Numbered from the stretch's first letter, positions 11,722 to 23,370 are shown. The stretch: 64,000 nt of DNA from an uncultured Methanomicrobiaceae archaeon (GCA_963826525.1 CAWGXH010000004.1:1632001-1696000), one strand, 5' to 3'. Notes: generated from the sequence alone by a model not told the origin. Program-made: numbers and translations.

Positions 11722-12773
11722 CAGACAAGACAATACTGGTCACCGGAGGCACGGGATCGCTTGGCAAGGTCCTTATCAGACGGTTACTTTCAGGTGAGAT
11801 TGGTCAGCCGAAAAAGATCATCGTATTTTCCCGCGACGAAGCAAAACAGCACTTTATGCGGATGGAATACCTGAACCGCACCACGGCTACCGATGAAGTG
11901 ATCTACAACAACTTCAAACGCATGCTCGAGTTCCGTATCGGGGATGTCAGGGATTTCCATAGCGTAAGCAGGGCTCTTCGGGGAGTGGATGTCGTCTTTA
12001 ACACCGCAGCATTGAAGCAAGTTCCTTCCTGTGAATACTTCCCATTCGAAGTCTGTTTTGACAAATATTTCCGGCCCGAGAATATTGTTAGGGCAATACG
12101 TGAACAGAACCTTCCAATCGATACTGTTGTTGGCATTTCAACGGATAAAGCCTGCAAACCCGTCAATGTCATGGGTATGACAAAGGCGATTCAGGAGCGC
12201 GTATTCATTACAGCGAACCTGGATTGTCCCGGTACGCGCTTCATCTGCGTACGGTACGGGAACGTACTCGCATCTCGCGGCTCGGTGATCCCGCTGTTCC
12301 ATGACCAGATCCTGAGCGGCGGCCCCGTTACCATTACAACCTCAGATATGACCCGTTTCCTGCTCAGCCTTGACCAGGCGGTTGACACGATCTTTGAGGC
12401 AGTAACGTATGCACACCCGGGTGAGACCTATATCCCCCGTGTCCCCTCGGCAAAGGTGACTGATATTGCCACCGCCCTTATCGGAGACCGTCCCATTAAA
12501 CTGGTCACCACCGGCATTAGGCCCGGGGAGAAGATCCACGAGATTCTTGTCTCCGAAGAGGAGGCGCATCGCACTATATCCCGTGGCGATTACTATGTCA
12601 TCCAGCCAATCCTTCCCGAAATTCGCAGAGAGGCAGAGCCAGGGCTGACTCTTGGCAAGGAATATGGTTCATCCGACAACCTGATGACGCCGGAAGAAGT
12701 GCACAGTGAACTGCACCGGCATGGTCTTCTTCTTGAGGATCTGGAAACAAACGAGGGTGAACTGCTCAGATGA
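11715..12773 (+). CDS. fnlA: UDP-GlcNAc 4,6-dehydratase/5-epimerase (FnlA/WbjB/CapE-like)
   Basis: TGGTGSLG, FSRDEAKQ, AALKQVPSCE, STDKA, RYGNVLASRGSVIPLF, GIRPGEKIHE. Confidence 0.85.
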   Translation: MLTDKTILVTGGTGSLGKVLIRRLLSGEIGQPKKIIVFSRDEAKQHFMRMEYLNRTTATDEVIYNNFKRMLEFRIGDVRDFHSVSRALRGVDVVFNTAALKQVPSCEYFPFEVCFDKYFRPENIVRAIREQNLPIDTVVGISTDKACKPVNVMGMTKAIQERVFITANLDCPGTRFICVRYGNVLASRGSVIPLFHDQILSGGPVTITTSDMTRFLLSLDQAVDTIFEAVTYAHPGETYIPRVPSAKVTDIATALIGDRPIKLVTTGIRPGEKIHEILVSEEEAHRTISRGDYYVIQPILPEIRREAEPGLTLGKEYGSSDNLMTPEEVHSELHRHGLLLEDLETNEGELLR

Positions 12774-13868
12774 AGGTGATGACCGTCCTGGGCACCCGGC
12801 CTGAAATCATCAGGCTAAGCCGGGTTATCCCGAAGCTGGATCGACTCTGTGAGCACGTACTGGTTCATACCGGGCAGAATTACGATCCGAACCTCAGCGA
12901 GATTTTCTTTGAAGAACTCGGCATTAGAGCCTCCTGACTATTTCCTTGGGGTTCAGGGAAGATCGTTCGGTGACCAGATTGGTCAGATAATCCGTGCGTC
13001 TGAAGAGATTATGCAGGCCGAGCAGCCGGACAGATTGCTCATCCTCGGCGACACAAACAGTAGTCTTTCGGCAATTGTCGCAAAACGCATGGGAATCCCG
13101 GTCTACCACATGGAGGCCGGGAACCGATGTTATGACGACCGTGTGCCGGAAGAGGTCAACCGGCGGATTATCGATCATTCGAGCGACATTCTGCTCCCAT
13201 ATACTGAGCGGAGCCGGGCGAATCTCCTGCGGGAAGGAATCTGTGGAGAGCGCATCTTTGTGACGGGAAATCCGATTTACGAAGTGTTGCAACACTACCG
13301 GACCTCTATCGACGCTTCCGATATCCTTGAGCGACTGGATCTCGAGCCGGGTGCATACTTCCTTGTCACCATGCACCGGGCTGAAAATGTCGATATCGAG
13401 TCACGCCTTCGTGCATTGATGGCAGCACTGGAAAGACTCTATCAGATATATGGAACTACTATCGTCTGCAGCCTTCACCCCCGTACGCGGGATACAATGA
13501 AACGGTTCGGATTACCCGGGCAGACGTATCCCGGTATACAGTTCCATGCTCCGTTCGGCCTCTTCGATTTCATTCATCTTGAGCAGCATGCCCGCTGTGT
13601 ACTGAGTGACAGTGGAACCGTCCAGGAAGAGTGCTGCATATTCCATGCCCCGAATGTCACTATCCGTGATGTGACCGAACGACCGGAGACTATCGAGAGC
13701 GGGAGTAACATGTTGAGCGGAGCGGACTGCGATACTATCGTGCGCGCTGTCGAATGTGTGCTGTCGCAGGACTCCGGCTGGGATGTGCCGGGTGAGTATA
13801 CGGTAAACGGGGTCAGTGACAGAGTAGTAAAAATTATTCTGGGCTACGGTCCGGAAAGAAGAAAGTGA
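12770..13868 (+). CDS. Non-hydrolysing UDP-HexNAc 2-epimerase (FnlC/QnlB/WbjD-like), one frameshift near 12925
   Basis: Manual N-terminus MKVMTVLGTRPEIIRLS...HTGQNYD; LGDTNS, HMEAGNRCYDDRVPEEVNRR, SDSGTVQEE, TERPET. Confidence 0.9.
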
Positions 13869-13887
13869 CGCCACTGCCGCAACGGAT

Positions 13888-15096
13888 GTGCCAGTTGTCA
13901 TGAAATTTGCTCTTGTCTCTCTCGGTTTGCCTCCATCCCAGTCAGGACAGTCGCTCGTGCTCTACCACCTGCTGAAGGACTTCAAACCCGATCAATACTG
14001 TTTGATCACGCAAAAGAACTTCTATCTCTATGGAAGCCAGGGAAACGGTTCATCTCGCCTGCCCGGCACATACTACTGCATTAATCCGGATTACCAGATA
14101 ATCCGTGGAATACTTCGTTTTTCGTCAGCAGTGCGTAGCACGGAAATCCTCAATACGCTCTTAAAGATACGGTTTCACCAGTTGAAAAGAATAATCAGCC
14201 GGGAGCGGTGCGATGCGATAATAGCATGTACCGGAGATCTCTTCGATCCTCCCGCAGCATATCTGGTAAGCAAGTCCCTCGGCATTCCCTTTATCCTGTA
14301 CGCATTCGACCATTACTCCCATCAATGGATGCCCCCTCTCCTTCATGCTTTCGCGCGAAAACATGAAGAACAACTGGTCCCGGGAGCAGCAGAAGTCATT
14401 GTGCCTAATGAGTTTCTCTGCCGGGAGTACTGTCAGGCCTATGGCGTTGAGGCGACGGTGCTGCACAACCCCTGTGACATCTCTCAGTATCAGGCAAATC
14501 CGAGTCACTGTACGAATGGTGGAGAGCGGGATATAACGATACTCTATACGGGCGCTATTTATGAAGCACATTATGATGCCTTTCAAAATTTGATCCAGGC
14601 TCTTCACTCTCTGGGCAGGCCGGAGATCTGCCTTCATATCTACACACCGCAATCGGAATCCAAACTGATAGCAAACAGTATCTGCGGAGACTTTGTCACC
14701 TATCATAAAAATCAGCCGATCTTCTCGATGCCTGAGATTCAACAGAAGGCTGACATCTTATTCCTTCCACTCGCGTTCAACTCGCCCTTTCCGGAGATCG
14801 TGAAAACAGCGTCGCCCGGGAAGATGGGTGAGCCTCTTGCCGCAAGACGGCCAGTATTGGTGCATGCTCCTGCGGACTCTTTCGTTTCGTGGTATTTCAA
14901 ACGGCACTCCTGCGGCCTGGTGGTCGATAAAAATGATCCCCTGGAGCTTGCAGATGGGATCGATACGCTCACCGGAGATAAGCACCTGCAGCAGACCTTA
15001 AGTGCTGCCGCATATGCCCGGGCAAAAGAAGATTTCGATGGCATAACCATCAAAAGAAGATTTACCAGCCTTCTTGAGGCTCAGTGCACCAGGTGA
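13888..15096 (+). CDS. Glycosyltransferase family 4
   Basis: GT-B fold features: YTGAIY, ADILFLP, PGKMGE.LAARRPVL. Confidence 0.8.
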   Translation: MPVVMKFALVSLGLPPSQSGQSLVLYHLLKDFKPDQYCLITQKNFYLYGSQGNGSSRLPGTYYCINPDYQIIRGILRFSSAVRSTEILNTLLKIRFHQLKRIISRERCDAIIACTGDLFDPPAAYLVSKSLGIPFILYAFDHYSHQWMPPLLHAFARKHEEQLVPGAAEVIVPNEFLCREYCQAYGVEATVLHNPCDISQYQANPSHCTNGGERDITILYTGAIYEAHYDAFQNLIQALHSLGRPEICLHIYTPQSESKLIANSICGDFVTYHKNQPIFSMPEIQQKADILFLPLAFNSPFPEIVKTASPGKMGEPLAARRPVLVHAPADSFVSWYFKRHSCGLVVDKNDPLELADGIDTLTGDKHLQQTLSAAAYARAKEDFDGITIKRRFTSLLEAQCTR

Positions 15097-15100
15097 TATC

Positions 15101-15802
15101 GTGAACTATAGTGACATGTACCGGAGCGGCGAATACTTTCAGAAGCATCCCACATGGGATGTGGAAGATTCGCCCTGGAAAGCTCGGCAGATTCTAGCGC
15201 TGCTCGGAGAGCATAATATCCATGCACAGACTATCGGTGAGGTCGGGTGCGGAGCAGGCGAGATACTGGTCAATCTGCAGAGATCGATGAACGATGATTG
15301 TGTTTTCTTTGGTTATGATCTCTCACCTCAGGCGATTGAGATCTGCAATCAGAAATCGAACGCGAAACTGCACTTCTTCCTGGGCGATCTTCTCCAGAAA
15401 CCCGATATCTATTGGGATGTTCTCCTTGCCATCGATGTGATAGAGCATGTTGAAGACTATCTCGCATTCTTGGGGGCAGTTAAAGATAAGGCATTGTATA
15501 AGGTTTTTCACATCCCGCTGGAACTTTTTGCGCTTTCGATAATCGACTCCGGCTTTTTACAGAAACAGCGATCAAACAGTGGTCACCTGCATTATTTTAC
15601 GAAGGATATACTCTTGCAGATTTTTAGTGAGATGGGCTACGATATTCTTGACGCTCGCTATACACCCGGTTTTCAGGTTTCACGAGGGCATGGTTGGAAG
15701 GATGATCTCCTGCGTATCCCGAGGCGGATCTGTTTCCCCCTGAACAGAGACCTGACTGTGAGAATATTCGGCGGTTATTCCCTGTTGGTGCTGGCGCGAT
15801 AG
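15101..15802 (+). CDS. Class I SAM-dependent methyltransferase
   Basis: EVGCGAG motif I, GYDLS, DVIEHVED, GHLHYF. Confidence 0.85.
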   Translation: MNYSDMYRSGEYFQKHPTWDVEDSPWKARQILALLGEHNIHAQTIGEVGCGAGEILVNLQRSMNDDCVFFGYDLSPQAIEICNQKSNAKLHFFLGDLLQKPDIYWDVLLAIDVIEHVEDYLAFLGAVKDKALYKVFHIPLELFALSIIDSGFLQKQRSNSGHLHYFTKDILLQIFSEMGYDILDARYTPGFQVSRGHGWKDDLLRIPRRICFPLNRDLTVRIFGGYSLLVLAR

Positions 15803-16119
15803 AAGGGAGCGATTCAAAACTCTGTCGGTGCCGGCAGCATGAGGATTTGATAGGTGGTATGCCTGCTTTCAAATCCATCTATTAATTACAACTGGTGCGA
15901 CTTTGGCAGGTTCATTGGACGAAACCATGATATGAATCTGTCCCTGCTCTCCTGTCATGACCCTCTTTTGCTGTCACAGGTTCTGGTTCTATAAATACCC
16001 TGCCAAATAGAAAAGTGAATCCTCTTCCTATTTTTTATCTGGCAAAAATTATTTACTCCTTAGTTTGCAATATATGGCAATAATAGATTTTTCGGCATGG
16101 CGAAAATATCATATGGAGT

Positions 16120-17325
16120 ATGATGATGCAGGTACAAGGTTGTATTGACACCCGAGAGAAGTCGTTACTTGTCCTCACTCCCGATTATCCAGATGCCACG
16201 GATACCTATATTGGTGGAATTTTTGTTAAAAATTATCTCGACGCTATCAAACATCAATTCAGAGAGATAGTTGTCATCGCCCCTGTGTTTTTTTCTGCCG
16301 GAATACTGGGAGGCGACAGGTTATGCAGGGATTACCAATATGATAATATTCGGGTTTTTTTCCCCCGATGCTTCTTTGCTCCCCGGTGCCTGCGCATTCC
16401 CCTGCTTCACCGGATAAGATTGTCACTCGATCTCCGCCTTTTCTGCGTTGAGCAATGCATTAAGAAGATGGGGCTTACGTTCGATCTCATTCATGCCCAC
16501 TTCACATGGCCATCTGCCTATATTGCGATTAAGCTGAAAGAAAAATATGGAAAACCCGTTGTCGCAACGATTCATGAGGATCCGGACTGGCTGATGGAGG
16601 AAGTACAAGGTGGTCATCCCTTGATTGTATCGGCCTGGATGAACGCAGACGTCCTGATTCGAATTAACCCTGAGGACTCTGATATCCTGAAGGATTACAA
16701 TCCTCATGTGGTGATGCTTCCCAATGGATATGCACACATATTCCGACCTCTGGATCGTCAGCAGTGCAGGGCAGAGCTTGGCCTGCCTGAAGAGAGAAAG
16801 ATCATACTTTCCGTCGGCATGCTTGAGGAGATAAAAGGGCATCGTTTTCTTGTTGGTGCTATCCGAGAGATTCTGCGAAAGCGCACTGACGTCTTATGCG
16901 TTATTGTTGGCGACGGGCCGCGAAGGTCTGAATTGGAGCAACAGTTGAAAGACGAAGGATTGCTCAAGTACGTCATGCTTGCCGGAAATCGACCTCACAC
17001 TGAGATTCCTATCTGGATGAATGCCTGCGACCTGCTTGTATTGCCAAGTCTCAATGAGAGCTTCGGTGTCGTTCAGATCGAGGCTCTGGCATGCGGTAAG
17101 CCTGTAGTGGCAACACGAACCTTTGGTTCGAAGGCGATCATCCGTTCTGAGCGATACGGTTTGCTCTGTGAACCGATGAACCCGGATGATCTTGCAGCAA
17201 AGATCCTCCTTGCTCTGGACAGGGACTGGCAGCAGGAGGAGATTCTTGCATATGCAGTGGAGTACTCCTGGGAGCGGATCTCCGGAGATGTCACTAAACC
17301 TGTACGCGCAGGTGCTGGAGGGTAA
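16120..17325 (+). CDS. Glycosyltransferase family 4 (TuaC-like); probable frameshift in last codons
   Basis: DLIHAHF, VGMLEEIKG, LPSLNESFGVVQIEALACGKPVV (EX7E). Confidence 0.9.
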   Translation: MMMQVQGCIDTREKSLLVLTPDYPDATDTYIGGIFVKNYLDAIKHQFREIVVIAPVFFSAGILGGDRLCRDYQYDNIRVFFPRCFFAPRCLRIPLLHRIRLSLDLRLFCVEQCIKKMGLTFDLIHAHFTWPSAYIAIKLKEKYGKPVVATIHEDPDWLMEEVQGGHPLIVSAWMNADVLIRINPEDSDILKDYNPHVVMLPNGYAHIFRPLDRQQCRAELGLPEERKIILSVGMLEEIKGHRFLVGAIREILRKRTDVLCVIVGDGPRRSELEQQLKDEGLLKYVMLAGNRPHTEIPIWMNACDLLVLPSLNESFGVVQIEALACGKPVVATRTFGSKAIIRSERYGLLCEPMNPDDLAAKILLALDRDWQQEEILAYAVEYSWERISGDVTKPVRAGAGG

Positions 17326-17578
17326 AATCTCTGTTAAAAAAGCAGACGAGCACGGAGAGGTGGTGATTGACCATCATTCCCATCACACACCGGTTTCGTT
17401 GAAGTAGTGGAATAAGGTGGCTCGCAATGAGTGCATTGCTGGGGAAGTATCGTTCTGGGCTAACCTGGCGATTTGTTGGAGCCTCAAATTATGGGACGCA
17501 CTTATAACGTGTACATCCGGGTAAATCTTTCTCCCCGAATAAAAAACCATTTCTGACCGCACGAGCTACCTATACTGC

Positions 17579-19058
17579 GTGTTCAAGCCTTCCCGTTATC
17601 TTGCCCGGATTATGGGCATCGGCACTGTTCAAAGACAAAGTTTAGCAAGTCTCTTCTTTAACGTGGTTTTGACGGGAATTGGATTTCTCTCCACGATGTA
17701 CTTTGCACATGCCGTGGGTCCTTCATTCCTTGGAATCTATTTTCTCTTTCTTGCTTACTTTGGCATCTTCGATCTTATCGGCGATAGCGGGTTTGGGGGT
17801 GCTGCAGTTAAACGAATTAGTGAAGGTCTTGAGCAAAATGCCTACTTCTCGTCATACCTCGTTCTCCGGGTATTACTGCTAACCGTATCAGTCTCTGCCT
17901 TGCTGCTGGCCGAGCCCTTTCTCGTCGACCTCACTTCAAATGGCCTGATTCCTTGGCTGATCGTCGCGCTCGTCGTCAGCGTATTTACAAGCGGCATATC
18001 ATACTGTGTTTACGGTACCGGCAAGGTCGGCATCTTCCAACTGGGTGGATTTCTGAACAATACTGTCAAGATCATCATTCAGATTATTGCAATTTTCTTG
18101 GGTTTTGGTGTTGCCGGGCTTGTGGGGGGATTTATTGCCGGGCTCCTGGTCGGCGGCCTGGTAAATATTCCGTTCCTCGAGCCTCCGACCCGCAAGATTC
18201 CACTGGCGGCATATACAGAGCCTCCTTGGATTCTCTTTATGGTCATTTATGAGTTCGAGCGGGTACTCGTCTTCACCTATGCCGACACCGTCCTGATCGG
18301 CTACTTCATGGCTGATGCAGATGTCGGCATCTACCGCGTCGCTCTCCAGACTCACATCGGTTGCGACCTTCATCACAGTGGCGCTCCATGCAACGCTCTT
18401 TCCCCGGATGAGCCACTGGGCGTCGCATGGCGAGCACGACTCCATTGCCGCTTCGCTCACCCGGGCGTTCACGTACTCGCTCCTCCTCGCGGTTCCAGTG
18501 CTCGCCGGGGGCTGGCTGCTCGGTGAGCGGCTCCTCTACTTCTTCTACGGGGCATCCTTCGCCGCCGGTGCGCCGGCGCTCGCCGTTCTGCTCGTCGTTC
18601 AGGTGGCGAACATCTTTATGTTCCTCCAGACAATGACCCTCAACGCCCTCGACCGGCCGAAGGACTCCTTCCGGGTGACGGCCGTCGCAGCCGTCGTCAA
18701 CATCGGCCTGAATATCGCCCTCATACCGCTGCTCGGGATCGTCGGGGCATCCATAGCGACGCTTGTCACAATGGTGCTGAACGCGGGTCTTGCCTACCGC
18801 GCGCTCTCCCGTTTCACGGTGGTGGGAATCGAACGCCGCTCCGTTGGAAACATTCTCGCATCTACCCTCGTCATGGCAGCGGCTATCGGTCTGTATCTTC
18901 TGTTCGTCCCGCTTACAAGCATCTTCCTTACCCTCGGAGCCGTACTCCTCGGAGGGGCAGTCTACGGTGTCGTGCTGCTCCGGATAGATCGGGGCATCCA
19001 CGACGAACTCAAAGATCTGACGCAGAAACTCGGGTTTCCCTGGCCAGGTATTCTGTAG
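17579..19058 (+). CDS. Wzx-type flippase / oligosaccharide exporter, copy 1 (frameshifts at about 18180-18350)
   Basis: Many hydrophobic helices, YADTVLIGYF...VGIYRVA, NIGLNIALIPLLGIVGA; colinear with copy 2. Confidence 0.9.
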
Positions 19059-19066
19059 CGGATCAC

Positions 19067-20194
19067 TCATCTGCAGTCGGCAGCCATGGCGCTGTAGACC
19101 CCGAGCAGATCCCCTTCGATCCTCTCCCAGTTATACTGCTCCTCAACCGCATGTCTCCCATTCTCTCCCATTCTTCGTGCTTCATCGGGGTTGTCGATCA
19201 GGTAGGATACGGCTCCGACAATGGCGCCGATGTCGGTCGGATCGACGAGAATCCCGCATTCCGCCTCGCTGACTACTTTATGTATCTCCGGAAAGTCGCT
19301 CGCGATCACGGGAAGGCCAAGGTGCATGTAATCAAAGAGTTTGTTCGGCAGGCCAATGTAGACGTTGTAGTAGTGCGGCTGGAAGACGAGAAGCCCGATG
19401 CCCCCCTCGCTCATTCTCGCATACATTTCACCGGGGGGGAGGTAGCCTGTTGCGGTGATCCGCTTTCGGATCTCCTGCCCCCCAGGCATCTCCGTGAGGC
19501 CGTCACGTATATTGCCGATGAGGGTGAGGGAGATCTCCGGATAGCGTTCGCTGAGAATTTCAAGAGCCCGGATGCATTCGTTAATGCCGTGGAATGCATG
19601 CATATTTCCGGCCATGTATACCAGGTGCTGCAGTTCCCTTGCTACAGGGTGAGCACCTTCGGTGCTCTGAAGAGAGAAGTTTGGTAGGATCGTCGGACGA
19701 CGCTTCATTGCGTTGAATCGTGCACCGACACTCTCACTGACTGCAATGGTGCCGTCGGAACACCGCGAGAGGATCATCTCGAGAGGATCGATGAGTTTTC
19801 GCAGTGCTGTGTGGAATACCGTATTGTCGGCAAGCCCCATATCGAACGGTATCTCGCTTGGCCAGTGTTCGTGGATGTCGTAGATCAGCTTCTTCCCCTT
19901 CAGGATTTTTAAAAAAACTCCCAGAAGGAGCGCATCCGGCTCGTGGCAATGGTAGACGTCTGCATCCTGACGGAATGAGGCCAGAAGCACCTTCAGGAGC
20001 GTTACCGGGTGAAGCAGGTTGGAGACGGGTCTTTGAACAGTGACAACAGAAACCCCGTCGATCCGGCTGATACTCTCCTCTTTCGATGGCGCAACGAGTG
20101 TGACCTCATGTTCTTTTGCAAGGCTCCTTGCCTCCTTCTGGAAGATCCTTCCGTCATGAGGTGGATGGGTGGTTGTAAGCATACAGACTTTCAT
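19067..20194 (-). CDS. Glycosyltransferase family 4
   Basis: DGRIFQKEA, YHCHEPD, YDIHE, PNKLFDYMHLGLPVIASDFP, YNWE. Confidence 0.9.
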   Translation of the reverse strand: MKVCMLTTTHPPHDGRIFQKEARSLAKEHEVTLVAPSKEESISRIDGVSVVTVQRPVSNLLHPVTLLKVLLASFRQDADVYHCHEPDALLLGVFLKILKGKKLIYDIHEHWPSEIPFDMGLADNTVFHTALRKLIDPLEMILSRCSDGTIAVSESVGARFNAMKRRPTILPNFSLQSTEGAHPVARELQHLVYMAGNMHAFHGINECIRALEILSERYPEISLTLIGNIRDGLTEMPGGQEIRKRITATGYLPPGEMYARMSEGGIGLLVFQPHYYNVYIGLPNKLFDYMHLGLPVIASDFPEIHKVVSEAECGILVDPTDIGAIVGAVSYLIDNPDEARRMGENGRHAVEEQYNWERIEGDLLGVYSAMAADCR

Positions 20195-20853
20195 ACGGGA
20201 CTCCTGACCCGTGCAGACGCTCCTGCATCAGAGTTGTCCGCATCCGCACTTCCGGTAGACCTGAGGCGGGCTTTGAATGGGCAAGGATGTATAATTATCT
20301 TATTTATATATTTGCAACAATACTTGTTTTAATTGCCGCAATTGCACATTGTGGTATTAATTTACTGTATCTGCGGCATGAGTGCTGGCAGCTCTTCATC
20401 TGGGAAAATAGGAGGAATTTATGTGGTTTTCTCTGGCCAGGCCGTATGCAGGGGGGCTTTTCCCATTACACTATTCCGACGCCATCTGTATGTCTTTGCT
20501 GATGGGCGTCTGTAGCAGGTTTGAGTACAACTCCAACAACCCGGGTGTTTCGAGAGAAGAGACTATTGCACTCCAGGAGAGGTTTTCCCGGGGAGAATGT
20601 GATTGTTTTCTTTGCACCCGGTATAGCCGCTCTTAACAATAGAGCGGCGAGGTTGCAGGTGCTCATGAGGGCGGTGCGGCAGCTCTGCAAGGCGTCTCCA
20701 GAGATCGTTCTCATCGCCACCCGCGAAGGCGCCTGCTCGGGAGAATTAAGAGACTTTGTACTGATGGAGGGTATCGTCGATCTGGTTTGATCACCCGGGG
20801 ACGCTATTTCAAGAAGAGAGGTGTCAGCCGGTTTGAGGTGGGATCCGGCCGCT

Positions 20854-22023
20854 TCACTTTGTCGTACTCTCCGGCTCTTTCTGTGATTCCCCGTCGCCTC
20901 TGCCTGACCGATACTCCAGTATCCCGCGGCGCACCCGTGCCGCCTGCTCCCTCCACGTGAAGTTTTCTCTCACGGCAAAGAGCTTCTGCGACATCTCTTC
21001 CCGTTTTCCAGGGCTTTTCAGCAGATCCTCGAGCGCTGCAAAGAAGGCCTCGGTCGAATAATCGATATAGACGATCCCGCCGTTGCAGCCGATATCGATG
21101 AGCGACTCGCATTTCGTGCAGAGTATCGGGATGGTCGTTCCGATATATTCGTAGAGTTTCGTCGGCGAGGAGAGGTTCAGGTACGGCTCCTCTGGATTGT
21201 AGGGCATGACGAGTACGTCCATGCTCTTCAGGGCGGCAGGGATATCCTCGCGCGGCAGTTCACGCCGGACGATACAGTCCGAATGCTCGATCCGATCCCG
21301 GAGTTCTCCTGCAATCCCGGGCCCATACGGGCCGTAGAGGTGGAGCACCACCCCAGGGTTTGCCGCATGCAGAGCCGTGCAGGCCTCGACCAGAAGATCA
21401 ATGCCCCGGTTTTTCGTCAGGGCACCGATATAGCAGACGTTAAACCTGCCGTTGACGGCACGGTACGGCTCAGGATACAGGTGCACGAAGGTATCCTCGA
21501 ATGCATTCGGAGCAATGACGACCGATGATTCGTCAAGGCCGTAGGTCTTGCTGACGCGATCCCACATCTGCCGGTTCAATGCGATGATCACTGGGGCGTT
21601 GCTGAGACAGTGCGCCTCGAACCGCCGGCTTAAACGCTCCTCTCCATCTCCAACCGCTGCAGTCTGCTCCAGAGTGTCGTGCAGGTCAAGGATCGTCTCG
21701 ACCCCGATGAACGAACAGAACGAGAAGAGGAGTCGGTTCTGCACCGTCGTCATCGAGTGCGGGTAGGCAAAATACACCCACGATCGGTCGCGCCGGATAC
21801 GGTATGCCGACCGGAGAGCGGCGAGGGTTTTTCGAATGTTATTTGCCAGTCTCCGCTGAATGCCCCCACCTGGCGGCAGATCGCACGCGACGGCATCGAT
21901 CTCCACGTCCGTGTATTCCGCAAGTTCCTTCAGCAGAAAATGGATCCGGGTATATGTGGGTGATACGCCTGTTCCGAGTTTCTTGAGAAGCGTGCCGTTG
22001 CATACGGCGAAGATCCGGATCAT
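20854..22023 (-). CDS. Glycosyltransferase family 4
   Basis: YIGALTKNRG, DVLVMPY, SPTKLYEY, FTW. Confidence 0.85.
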   Translation of the reverse strand: MIRIFAVCNGTLLKKLGTGVSPTYTRIHFLLKELAEYTDVEIDAVACDLPPGGGIQRRLANNIRKTLAALRSAYRIRRDRSWVYFAYPHSMTTVQNRLLFSFCSFIGVETILDLHDTLEQTAAVGDGEERLSRRFEAHCLSNAPVIIALNRQMWDRVSKTYGLDESSVVIAPNAFEDTFVHLYPEPYRAVNGRFNVCYIGALTKNRGIDLLVEACTALHAANPGVVLHLYGPYGPGIAGELRDRIEHSDCIVRRELPREDIPAALKSMDVLVMPYNPEEPYLNLSSPTKLYEYIGTTIPILCTKCESLIDIGCNGGIVYIDYSTEAFFAALEDLLKSPGKREEMSQKLFAVRENFTWREQAARVRRGILEYRSGRGDGESQKEPESTTK

Positions 22024-23042
22024 GCGGCCTGCTCGTCGATCGCCCTTTTCAGTTTCTCTTCCCGGGATTCCAGCGAAAACCGGTGCTGCACTCTTTTCCG
22101 GGCAATCCTGCCCGTATCAGCAGTGAGTGCACGTGCAACAGCATCTGCCGTTGCCTCGACGTTGCCGTAAGGCACAATGAATCCGGCATCCCCGACCACT
22201 TCCGGGAGCGCGCCCCTGTCGGTCACCACTGGTACACATTCGCACGCCATCGCCTCTGCGAGAGCAACACCGAACGATTCGCGATAGGAGAACTGGCAGT
22301 AGACTCTGGCTCTCTGGTACCACCGAATCAGTTCTTCCTGGGACAATGCGTCCGTAAATTCGACGTTTGCAGGGATGGTCTCACCGAATACCTTAAGGGA
22401 GTTGTCCTGTATGCTGCCTGCGATGACGAAACGGTTTTTTGGAAAGTATCGGGCGGTTCGGATGAATGTGTCGAGCCCCTTTATAGCGATATTGGCTCTG
22501 TTGACCAGGCAGACCGTCAGCACCAGATCCTCTTTTCCTCCGTTCGGGGAAAATACAGAGCAGTCGATCCCGTTATAGATGGTCTCGAGCGCCCGAGGCC
22601 TGGCTACCTGCTCGATTTCGGCGCGGTTGAAGTCCGATACGGCAAGGATGCGGTCGGCGTGGCTGAGGATATACCTGATTCTCCGTGAGAGCGTCGGGTC
22701 GAGGAGAGAACCGTAGTGGATCTCCGGTTCTCGTGCCACTTCATACCCCCCGATGACGACGATCGATCGCTTTCCAAGGAGCCGTGCCAGGTGAACTGCG
22801 AGATAGGCATGATTGTGGGCGAACCAGCAGAAGACAACATCGGCCCAGAGGGTGCCCATGGCAATCTTAAAGAATGCCGATACGTCGCCGCCCTGCCGCG
22901 AACCGGTTTCGGCATCGAGAACGATCTCCCTGACCTGGTAGTGTCTTTGCAGAATGTCACGATCCCTCCGGGTAAACGAGGACATCGACGGACATATGAG
23001 GCATACTCTGGTCATCCTCTCCATTCCGGCTCCTCCGTCCAT
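22020..23042 (-). CDS. Glycosyltransferase family 4
   Basis: IYNGID, KGLD, ESFGVALAEAMACECVPV, GALPEVVGDAG. Confidence 0.9.
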   Translation of the reverse strand: MDGGAGMERMTRVCLICPSMSSFTRRDRDILQRHYQVREIVLDAETGSRQGGDVSAFFKIAMGTLWADVVFCWFAHNHAYLAVHLARLLGKRSIVVIGGYEVAREPEIHYGSLLDPTLSRRIRYILSHADRILAVSDFNRAEIEQVARPRALETIYNGIDCSVFSPNGGKEDLVLTVCLVNRANIAIKGLDTFIRTARYFPKNRFVIAGSIQDNSLKVFGETIPANVEFTDALSQEELIRWYQRARVYCQFSYRESFGVALAEAMACECVPVVTDRGALPEVVGDAGFIVPYGNVEATADAVARALTADTGRIARKRVQHRFSLESREEKLKRAIDEQAA

Positions 23043-23370
23043 CTTCGTGGGGTGCGGCCTGGCTCTGCTCCGATGCTCTTCTCGCTCTTTCGAAAAATAT
23101 AGTTTTCTCTCAATGTGGGGCCAAATTGTGTAACCGGGTAACCCAATGTCATAGTATACTGTCTCTCGTTATCGATCGCGAGGGTGCAACAGGCCGGGTT
23201 TGACAGTAATGCACACCGTCCGTTCCCGCCGCGAAGCCGGAAATGACGGTGGTTCGCCCTACAGCAGCGCTGCTATCCTGATACCAAAAATCTCCCTCCC
23301 TCTGATTCTGTACCGCAGAAATTGCAGACGTGAGAAATAGTTATCAGTTCTGCGCCCATCTCCTGTATCT

